Shown: one piece after another, positions 50,962-64,000 of the stretch
Position numbering within the stretch: position 1 is the stretch's first letter
Layout: the number at the start of each line of letters is the position of its first letter
The notes under the pieces: generated by a model
Seen by the model: only the letters and a program-made list of their open reading frames with translations
The model's database searches: none
What the model was told of the DNA's origin: nothing
Origin: the human T2T-CHM13v2.0 reference genome, Homo sapiens
Strand: one strand, 5' to 3'
Assembly (NCBI RefSeq): GCF_009914755.1
Contig: NC_060926.1
DNA length: 64,000 nucleotides
Translations under genes and position numbers: made by a program

Positions 50962-52703
50962 AAGAAATGGAAAAATACAAGTAAATTAGACTACAAGCAA
51001 GGAAGGAAAAAATTGACAGCAAAATTAAATGCAATTGAAAACAAGAAAACCATAAAGAAAATCAGTGAAATTGAAAGTTTACCAATTTTATTGACCTTTC
51101 CAAAGAACCAGGTTTCAACGTGATTGACTAAGAAAAAAAGAGAGAAGACATACATTATCAACATCAGAAATGAAAGACAGGCACTAGTATAGAAGCTACA
51201 GGCGTTAGATAGATGATAACGGACTGTTACAAATAATTTCATGTCTATACATTGAACAACTTGAATAAAATAGCAAAATTCCTTGAAAGCACAAACCCCC
51301 AAGCTCACTCACTAAGTAAATAATCAGAATTGTTCTATAACTTCAAATAAGTGAATTTGTGGTTAAAAAACAACACCTCCAAAAAAGGAAACTCCAGGCT
51401 CAGACGGCTTCACTGAAAACTTCTACCAAACACTTAAGGAAGAACAAAATGCCAATCCTACACTTTTTTTTTTCTAGAAAATACGTAGAGTAAGGGAGAC
51501 TTCCCCACTCATTTTATAAGATTAAGATTACCCTGAATCCAAAACAAATAAGAACACCATAAAAAAAGAAAATGAGAGATAAATAACCCTCATAAAATAG
51601 AGGCAAAATTCTAAACATTTTAGTAGATCAAAGCCTGCAATATATAAAAAGGATAATGTATCATGACCAAATAGGATTTATCCCAAGAATGCTAGGTTAG
51701 TTCATTATTTAAAAATCAATCAATATAAATTACCATATGAAGAAAATTATGATAAAAACCTTATAATACTTTTAACAGGTATACAAAAAGCATTTGACAT
51801 GAGTCAAAATCCTTTAATAATATAAATCCCTTAGCAACCTAGGAATAGAAAGAAACTTTCTCTGTCCAATAAAAAACATCTACCAAAGACTACTTTCTCT
51901 CTGAAATTAATATCTACTCTCGCCTCCCCTACTGAACAACTTACAGGGGGTCCTAGCTAGTGCAACCGGAGAATAAGTTTCAAAAAGTAGTAAACATGCA
52001 GATTCCATAGTAAGTAATAAAACTCTGTCTATTTGCAAATGACCTGATTATCTATATAGAAAGATCCCAAAGAATTTTCAAAAATCCACTATAACTGGGA
52101 AATGGAATGTTGCAGTGTGCAAAGTGAATGTATAAATATCCGCAGTACTTATATATTTTAGCAATAAACAACTGGAAATTGAATTCAAAAAGTACTATTT
52201 AAATTAGCACTAATAAACATGAAATTCTTTGGTATAAATCTAGCAAAATACATATAGAAATGTATCCTGATAACTACATAACCCTGAAAAAGATAATAGA
52301 TAATAAGGAATACATAAATAAATGATAAGCTACATCATGTTCATAGATTAGAAGTCTGAATATTGTTAATATGCACTTTGAGTTCTGGTTTTAGATAAAT
52401 ACACATTTAGAATTATGTCTTCTTGGTTAATGGACTCCTTTATCATTCGGTAATATCTCTTTTTATATCAGGTATATTATTTTTTGCTCTGAAGTGTGTT
52501 TTGCCTGATTCTAATATAGCCATTGCATCCAGTTTTCAGTTAGTGTTAGCACAGCATACTTCTCTTCATTTTTTTCATTTAACCTGCCTACGTTTTCATA
52601 TTTAAGATGAGTTTCTTGAAGCAGTGTACAGATGAGTCTTGCTCTTGTTTTATCCTACCTGTAAATTTCTATATTTTAATCGGATGTTTAGGCCATTCGC
52701 ATT

Positions 52704-53427
52704 TGTGAAATAAACATAAAGCCCCTCAGCCCCCAGGCAAAATGAAACAGACTCCTTATGGCAAAGGAGACCCCAGAAAACTTTAAAAACTAGATTCGAC
52801 AGCTTCAACAAGGCAAGAGGTCAGTCACGTCTCAATATTCTCCCAACTCACTAACCATCTCAAGATCTCTTTCCTATAATTAAACAGAAACCAGTTTGTG
52901 AAAAACAAGTGCAGTTTTCTCCCTTAATCTAGGCAAACCATTTGACATGCTGGCCAAGTGGCCCACCTTTATCACGGTTTCGCCATGAAATTTGACCAGT
53001 CTTACAAAGCATTCTTTCCTGATAAATGACCACCAACCACAAACTCATTTTGGCTGGTTTACAGACATACACAAAGTGCTTTTGTGACCTGTTTTTCACC
53101 TTTTGATATATAGAGCCTAATTTTACTACATTTTAATGTTAAGTCTTCATTCCTAAATGAACATGGGTCATATGCAATATGTATGTTTGCTCACCGCACA
53201 TGCACTTGACTCCCTCCATGCATATTCATAGCTCCTCCTAGAGCCCACAATATGTGTGTTTGGCTGATCATGTCAAGCATAAATTCCTACCCTCCCATTT
53301 TTCCTTGGAGCACCTGCTTTCCGTTTTGGCCAGATGCTCTGGTTTCTTTACCTGCAGGTTGTAACTTTTTATAAGAAATAATGCCCATGTTTTCTGCTTT
53401 TATAGATCTTATGGTTTTAATTTGACA
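52704..53427 (+). mobile_element. ERV1 solo LTR (MER72/LOR1-like)
   Basis: TGTGAAATAAAC...GGAGACCCCAGAAAAC...TTGACA; perfect 4-bp TSD CATT. Confidence 0.8.
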
Positions 53428-53539
53428 CATTTAGTGTTACAATTGATGTGGCTGAATAAAAATTACCAAATTGATAGGTTTTCTATAGTTTTTCCATGTG
53501 TTCTATGTTCTTTTTTTCTCCTTCTCTGCCTTCTTTTGA

Positions 53540-53919
<380 letters not shown>

Positions 53920-54492
53920 CAGACTTTCTTTAAAATATTTTTTAGTTGTTGTCATTAAGTTTACAATATATATTATCAAATAATTACAGTAATTTTAAAC
54001 AATATTATATCACTTCACATAATTATAAGCCTGACAACCACATGCTCCTAACGATTCCCTCTTTTCTTTCTGTGCTGTTGTTATCATGTATTTTACTTTT
54101 GAATATGCAGTAAACCCCAAATATACTCTATTTTTACTTTTAAGACAGTCAATTCCCTTCTAAAACAATTACTAAGAACAAAATGTATTTTGTACTTACT
54201 TTCTTTTTAGCTGTTTCTGAAGAACTTTCTTTCTTTTTGTGGATCCAAGTTCCTGTGTATTATCATATTCTTCCACTCAAGTAATTTTTTAAAATATTTC
54301 TTCTAGTGTCAGTCTGTTGATCAAAAAGTATATCCTTTTTTAAAAAAATTGTTTTAATTTCTGAAGTATACTTTCACTGGATGTAAAATTCTGTGTTGGT
54401 TTTTTTCTTTTCCCATCCCTTTGAAGATATCACTCCATCGTCTTCTGGCATGCACAGTTTCTAATGAGAAATCTGTTATATTTTTACTCCTT

Positions 54493-54497
<5 letters not shown>

Positions 54498-54529
<32 letters not shown>

Positions 54530-54613
54530 CAAAGTCATATTACATATATATGAACAAAGTCATATTATGTATATGAACAGTCATATTACATATATATATA
54601 TATATATATATAT
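54498..54613. repeat. (TA)n tract enclosing three copies of GAACA(AA)GTCATATTA
   Basis: Units start at 54527, 54552 and 54575. Confidence 0.95.
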
Positions 54614-56504
54614 GCCTTTTTTGCCGAACTGCATGAAAAAAATTGCCCTTTCTCTTTGACTTTCTGTGGTTTGAATACAATGTATGTAGATGTCTGTGTG
54701 GGAGTGTTGGGGTTCGTGTGTGTATGGGAGTGAGAGAATGTTTTCATTTTATTCCACTTGGTGTTCCCTGAGCTTTCTTGATGTATGATTTTATGTCTTT
54801 TGCTATTTTTGGAAAATTATCAGTCATTATCTCTTTAAATAATTCATAAGTTTCATTATCTTTTTATTTCCTTCTAGGATTCAAATTACACAAATGTTAG
54901 CTCCTTGGATGTTATTCTACAGTACTTACATGCTTTGTTCTGTTTTTATTTTTCCCAGTATCTTTTATCATTGTGTTTCAGTCTGGGTAATTTCTATTGA
55001 CCTATTCACTAATTTTTATGTCCCTTATGTTTGTTGAGTCTGCCAATGAATTATTCAATGACATGCTTCATTTCTGTTTCTGTATTTTAATTCTAGCCCT
55101 TGAATTTGAGCATTTTTAAGTGTTTTTCATCTCTCTTCTGAAATTCCCCATGTGTTCATGCATGCGTTACACTTTTTCCACAAGATTCTTTAGCATATTA
55201 ATTATAGTAATTTTTAATTCTCCATCTCATAGTTCCAATATCTGCTTCATATATGAGTCTTTTTTTGCCTCTTGGCAATGGGGTGAGGTTTTTTCTCATT
55301 TTTTAATGTGCTATATATTTTTAGTAGAAGTCAAATGTACAGGACAGTAGAGACTGGGTAAATAGCATTTATGCCTGAACATGTGACCGGCTGTTCTGCT
55401 TGGTCATTAGTGAAGATATTTGTGTCTTCTAGGCCTAAACTACAAGGTATGCTTTCTAGGGTCTCTTGCTGTACCATCTGTATTTTTCATCTAAGTTCTT
55501 GTGAACTCCATTTGTGTCTAAGTCCCCAGGGGCCTTACATTATCCCACTCTCAAATTTTAACAATTCACTAAATATGTTAGTGAAATTTTCTCCTTCTCA
55601 CTTAAATGGAGGGTCTGTCTTCCTCCCCTCCTTTGCATAGGTTAGTTCCATCTCCTGCTGGAAGTGCCTGCCTTTCCTTAGATTTCAGGTTAGTGGCTTT
55701 CTTGGCAACCTCACCTGTTTGAGGTTGATACATTTAATAATTTTTACATTTCCTGAATTTTCCCTGTTATTATTATGAGAATGATATTCTTTCCAACTTT
55801 CTGTGTTCTAAGTAGAAGCTGGAAGTCCAGGATTTTTTTATGACAGTAAAAACATGTATGTCTGTATACACACATACATATACACACATCAAACCAATCA
55901 AGAAAGAAGTGAGAACTTTAGTTATAACAAATGAATTCAGCTTCAATGTTTCCAGAAATTGTCCTGTGTCCAAGACAAAGAACTACAAGAAAGACTCAGA
56001 ATTTATTCCTGCTTTTAAAGAGATTATAATCTTCAGGGAAGGAATAAGGAAATAAGTAAGAAGAGTCAGTGTCAAATTCTTTCTGCTATTCCCCTATTCA
56101 GCTTTGCATAGTAAAGATAACATGAATCTCTTCTGTGAAAGACTGTGGCTCGGGGCCTGACCTGATGGCAACTCAGTCAGCCACCTCTCAGGCAGTTAGG
56201 AACTTGTGGGGAACCTAGAACTGCCACCTAGATGCAAGTGTCTTATCTTAATATAATAAACTTCTATAAGAAGAACAGACTATACAAAACCTTACAGAGC
56301 AAACTAAAAGACTTTAGAATTAAATCCGGCTTAAAAATAATGCTGAAACGATTTGATTCTCATTGATCTTCTTTGATGACTATTGAAATATATTTTCAGT
56401 AATTAATTTCTACTTTTCTTTGATCCTACCGAAGTGGGAAAAAGATTAAAAATGGAGGTATAAGTAGATAGGAACAAAGAAAACATTGGGATCACAAGAG
56501 TCCA

Positions 56505-56578
56505 AGTGATAGTTGACATTCAAATATACATAAACAGTTTTAGTGATAGTTGACATTCAAATATATATAAAGAGTTTT
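56505..56578. repeat. 37-bp tandem duplication
   Basis: AGTGATAGTTGACATTCAAATATA(C/T)ATAAA(C/G)AGTTTT twice, 2 mismatches. Confidence 0.95.
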
Positions 56579-58268
56579 AAAATTCTCTGCAAAACCAATC
56601 TTAATCTTGGGTTATATAACATGATATAAGGACAAACTTGGCTTTTGAAGCAGAGAACAGAAGAGAATAGAATCAGCCAGATGTTCGGATCAACTGCTGA
56701 AGTCCCACGGCAGTTTTACTTAATGCCACCCTATCACAGGCTTTAGTACAATTTAAGATCAAATTCACAGTTAGCCTGACAAATATATTTGCCCAAGACC
56801 TTCTCCATTATAATTCCATTAATATCTCTGGGCTCAGAGCCAGCCAGAAACATCTGGTAGGGATTATGTTTTTGCAGAGATAAACTTGCAGATGTTCACA
56901 ATTATTTTTAAGAAAATTTATCTATAAAATATTATAATAACCAAATGAAAAAAATAGCAAAACTGTGATGGAGAATGATATAGAAGTATTTTGGGAAATT
57001 GGATTTTTAAAATATTTAAATGTACAAAAAGCAATATATTACATAGTAAAAAAAAAAATCCATATGGAAGAATAAAAAAATTTGAAATATTTTACCCCAT
57101 TTTCTTGCACTTCTAGTCCCACTCCCCATTTAATTTCCCTTAGAACTGTTTGTATCTTTTAATAATCTTCACAATTTCAAAGTATATACTCAGCTTCTTA
57201 AGCTATAAGCCTTGTTTAAATATTGGCTCCCTGTTTAAATTATAAAAATGTTAGTTTATTTAATCTTGTCCCTCCTCTATCGAATGTTCGACTTTATGCT
57301 ATTAATTTAAATCTTCCAGTTATTAACTCACAGTTTTAAAAAAATATGTATACCTGCATTTCTTTATCCATCCTCTCCTTCACTATCCTTCACCACTGCA
57401 GAAAACGAGGTGATGAATGCCCTGTTCTTTCTCCAGTACTAGTCTCACTGACTGTTGTTAGCTCTAATATTATTTTCACATTCTTAAGTTTGTAATATTT
57501 AAATTCTGCTGCATAACCACTATTAAGACATTCAATCATTATCTATAGGAGGATAATAAAATTGAAAACAAAGCAAAGTAATTTAAAATACTATAATGTT
57601 TTTCAGCATTACGCATCATACATTCAGCAATGTGATTGATTCCTAGAGAAGAAAATGTAAGGCTATTTCTAAATTCTTGCCACTTGGAGAAGAGTATTTT
57701 AGGCTTCAAGATCAAGTAGATTCTCTTTTTTCTTCATGACATCAATTCATAAAATCCATGCCGTGACACAATTCTGTTTCTTCTATATTTAAATTATGAT
57801 TTTCATGTATAGTATACTGAGACAATATTTAAATATATTATTCTATATGTTGTTACTTATGATTATTTAAATTGTCTATTGATCTCTGTTTATTGAGCCT
57901 GAGATTTCTATTGCATCAGAAGGTGGGATAAGCTCAGCTGAGAATAAAAGGGTTAGTGTTTTATTTACATATATGTAAATACATATATACATATTTTACT
58001 TCAAATATAGGCTCTTAAGCTTATTTCAAGAGAAACAGTTTGCTGTGAGACTTTTCATACACAAGATCCTTGTTTTGCTGAGAGTAGATAAAACTCATTA
58101 GTGAATGGGATAGAAGAGGTAGCTCCAAAACAGGGCCTATTGGCTCAATGCAGACTCAAGAATCCACATTCTTGCACAACACAGTGGAAGACCCAGGAAT
58201 GTTGAAAGAGGCAAAAGACTGAAAAGTGCATGACAATGGGAATGGGAGGGTAAAGAGGATAGACAACT

Positions 58269-58580
58269 GGCTGAGGGCAGTGGCACATGCCTGTAATCCC
58301 AGTACTTTGGGAGGCCAATGCTGGCATATCGCCTGAGGTCAGGAGTTCGAGACCAGCCTGGCCAACAGGGCAAAACCCCATCTGTGCAAAAATACAAAAA
58401 TTAGGCAAGCATGGTGGCCCGCTCCTGTTTTCCCAGCTACTCGGGAGCCTGAGGCAGGATAATTGCTTGAACACAGGAGGCAGAGATTGCAGTGAGCCCA
58501 GGTCTCGCCACTGTACTCCAACCTGGGCGACAAATCAATACTCTGTCTCAAAAAAAAAAAAAAACAACAACAACAAAAAA
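58269..58580 (+). mobile_element. AluSx-like with an A/(CAA)n tail
   Basis: CCTGAGGTCAGGAGTTCGAGACCAGCCTGGCCAAC; TSD GAG(G/T)ATAGACAAC. Confidence 0.93.
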
Positions 58581-58831
58581 CGAGTATAGACAACATACGC
58601 AGAAACCATAGTAGGCAACAGGCACCAGCAGCATGTTGTGGCACATACTCAAGTGCAAATTTTACAAGTTGTATCAGCAATAACAGAGGCTATCATTCAA
58701 AGACCAAGTAGATGATATCCCAGTGGAAGCCATCAATAATGCACTGGATATCCAGTGGAGCTGGGACAGACTCTCCCTCTTTGCTACATCCCAGTACAAG
58801 CAGACATCATTTGAGGGATTAGAGATACAAA

Positions 58832-59482
58832 TGTAAACCAAAAAAAGTGTCTGAGACAGGTCTCAATCAATTTAGAGGCTTATTTTGCAAAGGTTGAGGA
58901 TGTGGCTGGGAAAAAAAAGACACAAGCCACAGGAGGATCTGTGGCCTACACTTTTTCCCAAGAAAGTTTTGAGGGCTTCAACATTTAAAGGGGAAAAAGC
59001 AGGTAGGAAGGGAAGGAGGAAAAAAGAAGATGGAGTGTAGGACAAAAGAGACAGTAATGTTCTTTTGAGGTTTTGATGAGTGCTCACTGAATCCACACAT
59101 TGCATGAGAAAAGGAGTGGGAAGAGGAATAGCCGACTATGTCTAATATCTCAGGCTCGGTGAATCTGCATTTTACATAAGATAAAGTGATCATATAGCAG
59201 AGAAAGGCGGGATGATTTCCAGTCTCCTCTTGTCCCACACCAGGAATATAAACTATTAACTTATGTTGTCAGAGTAAAGGAGGCTACCTGGGGAGATATG
59301 TGGCCTTCTATCTTGTAGTTACTTGTTTAGGAGCAAAAAGAAAGACAGGATTTTTTGTTTTGGTTTGATTTTTTTGTTGTTTGTTTGTTTGTTTGTTTTT
59401 GTATAACTCAGTTTCCAAGTTCCCTTAACTTTTCCTTTGGCATAGTGAGTTTGGGGTCTCAAGAGTTTATTTTCCTTCCACA
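58832..59482 (-). mobile_element. MER4-family ERV1 solo LTR
   Basis: TGTAAACC...TCTGAGACAGGTCTCAATCAATTTAGA...TTTATTTTCCTTCCACA; flanks CAAA/CAAC. Confidence 0.85.
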
Positions 59483-59886
59483 CAACCATGTTTCATTTTG
59501 CTTTTTAAAAAGTTGCATAAGGTAGCAAATTTTCTAAGGTTATTTTACCTAACACTTAATTGATTATTTTGTAAGGTATATAGAATTTTACATTCAAAGT
59601 CTAACAGCATCAGAAAAATTAACAGCATAATTCATACTCTCTGGAATGTATCACCCAAAATATCTGGCATATGATTTAAAAATTACTACCCATGCCAAGA
59701 AGCATTTGATGAAAACAAACTCAGATTTTCAATTTCAGTCCAACATGTAAAGAACTCGGAAGCCATCACTCCTATTGTCACAAGGAAAAAATCTGAATAA
59801 GCTGAAAATCAACTCTTCTTAGATCAATCAGAAAAATTAGGTCATAGAACAAACTTGTGCCCTGAAAACTAAAGATAGGTGGATAC

Positions 59887-60215
59887 TGTAGGAGAGGGAA
59901 GATTTTCCCTCTACCATCTGAAGGTTTGATAGTTAAGTCTATGAAATAAACTGATGGTAGGCAGATTAACAGGAGAAAAGTACAGAAATTTATAATTTGC
60001 ACGGTAGCATCACATGGAAGAAAAGTGAGTACTCCAAAACCCAGTGAGAGCTAGAAACTTTTAGATACCCTCTTCATAGGGGAGAGAGAAGGGAGGATGT
60101 AGGCAACTAGGGAAGAGTAAGTGACTTTGGGGGAAGATGAGTGAGCCCTCAGAAAAAAGGGTGATAGCCTGTGACAAATTCTGTCTGGGTGTGGTGTCAG
60201 ACCCAGGGAAAGGGA
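59887..60215 (-). mobile_element. ERV1 LTR fragment (MER34-like) within old L1 5' sequence
   Basis: TGTAGGAGAGGGAAGATTTTCCCTCTACC...GGCAGATTAACAGGAGAAAAG. Confidence 0.55.
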
Positions 60216-60332
60216 AGTACCCTAGGTCAAATGACCACCCTGCCCAACCCCACTTTCACCCCCAAGCCTTCCCATTTCTCCTAAGGAGGTAGAAATAGCT
60301 GAGAAGGAGTTGTGACGTCTATAGACCAGAGA

Positions 60333-60825
60333 CATGAAAAGACATGGATGTTAAAAACATATTACTAAATGAAAAAGACCAGTCTGAAAGGCTGGATAAT
60401 ACATGATTTCAACTATATGACATTTTGGAGAAGTCAAAACTATGGAGACAATAAAAAGGTCAGTAGTTGCTGGTCAGTAGTTGCCAGGGATTCAGGAGGA
60501 GGGAAGGAGGAATGAAGAACAGGTGGAGCACAGGGCATTTTTAGGGCTGTGAAACTATTCTGTATGGTATTGTAATGATGGATACAAGACGTTGTGCATT
60601 TGTCAAAACCCATAGAAGTATAATAAAGAATGAACTCTAATGTAAACTATTAACTTCAGTTAATAACAATATATCAGTATTGGTTCATTAATTATATTAA
60701 GTGTACCACACTAATGCAAGATGTTAATATGGGAAACTGTGCAGGGGTGGAGAGAGATAGGAGGTATAGGGGACTTTCTGATCAATTTCTCTGTAAACCC
60801 TGAATCACTCTTAATAAAAAAAAAA
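60333..60825 (+). mobile_element. L1MC1-like 3' end
   Basis: ATGAAAAGACATGG...CAAAACTATGGAGACA...GTGTACCACACTAATGCAAGATGTTAAT...CTCTTAATAAAAAA. Confidence 0.85.
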
Positions 60826-60959
60826 TCTAAAAAACTGAGATAACATGATGTTGGAATGAGGGCTGGTATATTTTGGTTCATCATTAGTCCTGTGGCAGCT
60901 TTGGTCTTGGAGGATGGGGTTCTTACTTCTATGGCATAGTTTTTCTGGGGTTTCAAGAA

Positions 60960-63155
60960 ATGCTGAAACTAAAAAGAAAGAGAAAGAGTTCCAAGTGAAA
61001 AGTAGGCACATGAAGCCTGGTGTGGCTTTATTAATATCAGACAAAGCAGACCTCAAATCAAGGAGTATTTCTAGGCATAAAGAATAATATTTTATAGTGA
61101 AAATAGAAAGAACAAATATAATTGCATATGAAAACACTGAGCTAAGAGTATAAGAAATCAAATTGACAGAAATAAAATATGAAGTAGACACATATACAAT
61201 CAGAAGTGGACAACTTAATAAATCTGAGTAATTAACAAAACGAGTAGACAAATAAACTAAGTGAATATAGAAGATTTAAACAGCATTATAACAGGACTTG
61301 ATGTAATGACATTTTTGATAGCACCATGTACAAAAAAACTGTGGAATATACTTTCATGTGCACACCAAAATAGACCATATTCTAGATCATAAAGTATTAC
61401 ACATTTCAAAAATTAAAATCTTACTAAGTGTATTATCTGAATACATCATTAAATGAGACATTTATAAAAATAAGATACCTTAAAAACTCCAAATATTTGG
61501 AAATTAAATAACACACTTTTAAATAACCCATGAATTACAGAATCAGGGAAACCACAGTGGAAATACACAATATTTTGGACTAAGTGACACAAAAATAAAA
61601 ATATCAAAATTTGTGTAATGCCAGATGTCATGGGAAATTTATTAATTAAATGCTCATATTAGAAAAGACAAAATATTTATAAATAATTCTTTAATTTCCA
61701 ATCATAAGAAGCTAGAGAAAGAGCAATTTAAACCTAAGGAAAGGAGGACAGAATTAAAGGAAGCAGTAATCAATAAAATTGAAAATATAAAAACAGTATA
61801 TATGTATATAACATACAAAGGTAAAGTTTGTTTTTGTGAAAAGGTTGATAAAACATTAATTAAAAATTAATAAAATTGATAAATTGATTGGAATTAATGA
61901 AAGTGAAAAATACAAGTTATCACTAGCAAGAAAGAAAGAGTGCATCATTGTAACCACTGCAGAACTTAAAAAATAATAAGGGATTGTTATGAATAATCTT
62001 ATGCCCAATAACAAATCATAAATAAATTTGATACCTTATATAAAATAGATAAACTAACAAATAAATAACTTAGAAGAAATGGAAAACATGAATAAGATTA
62101 CATTTATTAAAAAGTTTGAATTTGTAATAAAAACTTCTCCATGGTTAAACCCTATTGAATATTTAAGGAAGAAATAATATCAACCGTATTGAAACTAGAG
62201 GAGGGAAAGATTGTTAACTCATTTTCTGAAGACAGCATAATTCTGAAACCAATAGAGTATTGTAGCAAAAACAGTAAAATAAAATTACAATCAAATACAC
62301 TTCAAGAACATACATTCAAAAATCCTTAAACAAATTTTTCTGAATAGAATCCAGCAATGTATAAAAATGATAATACTTTATGATCAATGGGATTTATCCC
62401 ACGGATGAAGAGTTGGTTTACGTTTAAAAGAACAGTGAATGCAAATCATCATATTTATAGAATACATTATTAAATCTATTTATAGAATAAGAAATATACA
62501 TTTTAATAATGTAGAACTATCATTTAGCAATTTTCATCAGCTATGCATGATAAAAAAAAAAAGCAACTCTCTGCAAAATAAGAATAGAATGCAACATCAT
62601 CACCCTGATTAAGTAAAATAAAAACAGCTTACAGGTAAATTCGTAATTAGTAGTGAAACTCTAAATACTCCCCTCTCACATTCAGGAACAAGACAAGAAT
62701 GTCTGCTCTCTATTTCTTATTAGATGTCCTAGCCAGTGTTCTAAGTCAAGAAAAATACATAAAAATATAAAGACTAGAAAAGAAGTAGTAAACTCTTTAT
62801 TAATAGAAAACATAGTATTTCTAAAAATAATTAAATAACTTTTAGTACCAATAAAGTTAGGAAAAAATAGAAACTTAAACTATATTTCTATAATTAAGCA
62901 TCAAACAATTGGAGAATGAATTATTTTAAAAATCATTTTCAATAGCATCAAAAACGCTACATTGCTTAGAATAAAAATAACAAAAGATGTGCAAAACCTC
63001 TAAGTTAAAAACATGAACTATTGCTAAAAGAAACTGAAGAAAAACTTAGGTAACTTGAAGATATACCAACTTCACGAATTAGAAGACATTAAGATGCCTG
63101 TAAATTCAACACAATCCTAATCAAAATCTCAGTTGGCGTTTTTCTACAATTGTTT
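60960..63155 (+). mobile_element. Old L1M ORF2 remnant (EN through RT)
   Basis: GTGGCTTTATTAATATCAGACAAAG; GAATCCAGCAATGTATAAAA; TCAGGAACAAGACAAG. Confidence 0.8.
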
Positions 63156-63156
63156 A

Positions 63157-63498
63157 TAGTAGTCCTCCTCTTCTCTGCAGGGAATATGTTCCAAGACCCC
63201 CAGGGGATGCCTGAAACCGCAGATAGTACTGAACTCTACATACCCTGTGTTTTTTTCTATCACTTAGGTAACATAAAGTTTAATTTATGAACTGGGCATA
63301 GCGAGAGACTAATAACAATAATAATAAAATAGAACAATTCTAAATATATTGTAATAAAAGTTACATGAGTATGGTCCTTCAAAATATCTTATTGTACTGC
63401 ACTTATCCTTTTTTTTCTTGTAATGATAAAGGGGCACAGAAAGATGGCATGAGATTTCATCACACTATTGGGAACAATGTACAATTTAACACTTATGA
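63157..63498. mobile_element. MER44 (Tigger7-derived) element, interrupted by an L1
   Basis: AGTAGTCCTCC...GTTCCAAGACCCCCAGGGGATGCCTGAAACCGCAGATAGTACTGAAC. Confidence 0.8.
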
Positions 63499-63499
63499 T

Positions 63500-63861
63500 T
63501 CTTTGTTTTTTAATAATTTTAATTTTATTTTAAATACAAGGGGTACATGTGCAGGTTTGTTACATGGTTTTATTGTGTGATGGGTTTGGGGTACGGATAC
63601 CATCACCCACGTGGTGAGCATAGTACCCAATAGGTAATTTTTCAATTCACAACCCCCTCCCTCCCACCCCTCTCTAGTAGTCTCCAATCTTTATTGTTCT
63701 CATCTTTATATTCATGTGTACTTAATGTTTAGCTCCCACATAGAAGTCAGACCATTTCCTATTCCTATGTTAATTTGCTTAGGATAACAGCCTCCAGCTG
63801 CATCCATGTTGTTGCAAAGGACATGATTTCATTCTTTTTAATGGCTAGGTAGTATTCCATG

Positions 63862-63909
<48 letters not shown>

Positions 63910-64000
63910 GTATATATATATATATACATACACATATATATGTACACACATACACATACCACATTTTCTTTATCCAATTCACCACTGACGGGCACTTAGA
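63500..64000 (-). mobile_element. L1PA15-17/L1PB-type 3' end containing a (GT)n(TA)n(CA)n microsatellite at 63864-63959
   Basis: GGGGTACATGTGCAGGTTTGTTACATGG; ORF MEYYLAIKKNEIMSFATTWMQLEAVILSKL. Confidence 0.9.

Noticed and set aside
60458-60484. 13-bp duplication in L1MC (similar small ones near 18676, 19413, 19594)
   Set aside because: Ordinary slippage events.

Overview
Human or close primate genomic DNA: AT-rich, CpG-depleted, no CpG island, and mostly interspersed repeats (Alu J/S/Y, young and old L1, L2, MIR, MaLR/ERVL/ERV1 solo LTRs, Tigger/MER DNA transposons). I find no supportable protein-coding exon; every long ORF is repeat-derived or looks like noise. The locus looks intergenic or deep-intronic and I cannot name it. 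The only gene-like object is a tailless, internally deleted 7SK retropseudogene (42661-42870, minus). I do not see a new enzymatic or genetic system. The best signals are mechanistic scars and DNA structures: (1) a twin-primed inverted L1PA with a 19-bp TSD, a short 3' transduction and a duplication-inversion in its 3' end (49740-50980); (2) a cluster of templated insertions at 14.2-17.5 kb, including ~105 bp of local L1M sequence copied into an Alu B box, which preserves the pre-insertion state of a TSD-less L1 capture; (3) a 93-nt hairpin with a perfect 24-bp stem next to a second perfect 14-bp hairpin (40751-40989); (4) an old kb-scale inversion and a 36-bp micro-inversion in an L1M; (5) several motif-dense candidate enhancers. 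Repeat subfamily names come from remembered consensus sequences, and boundaries of old repeats are approximate.
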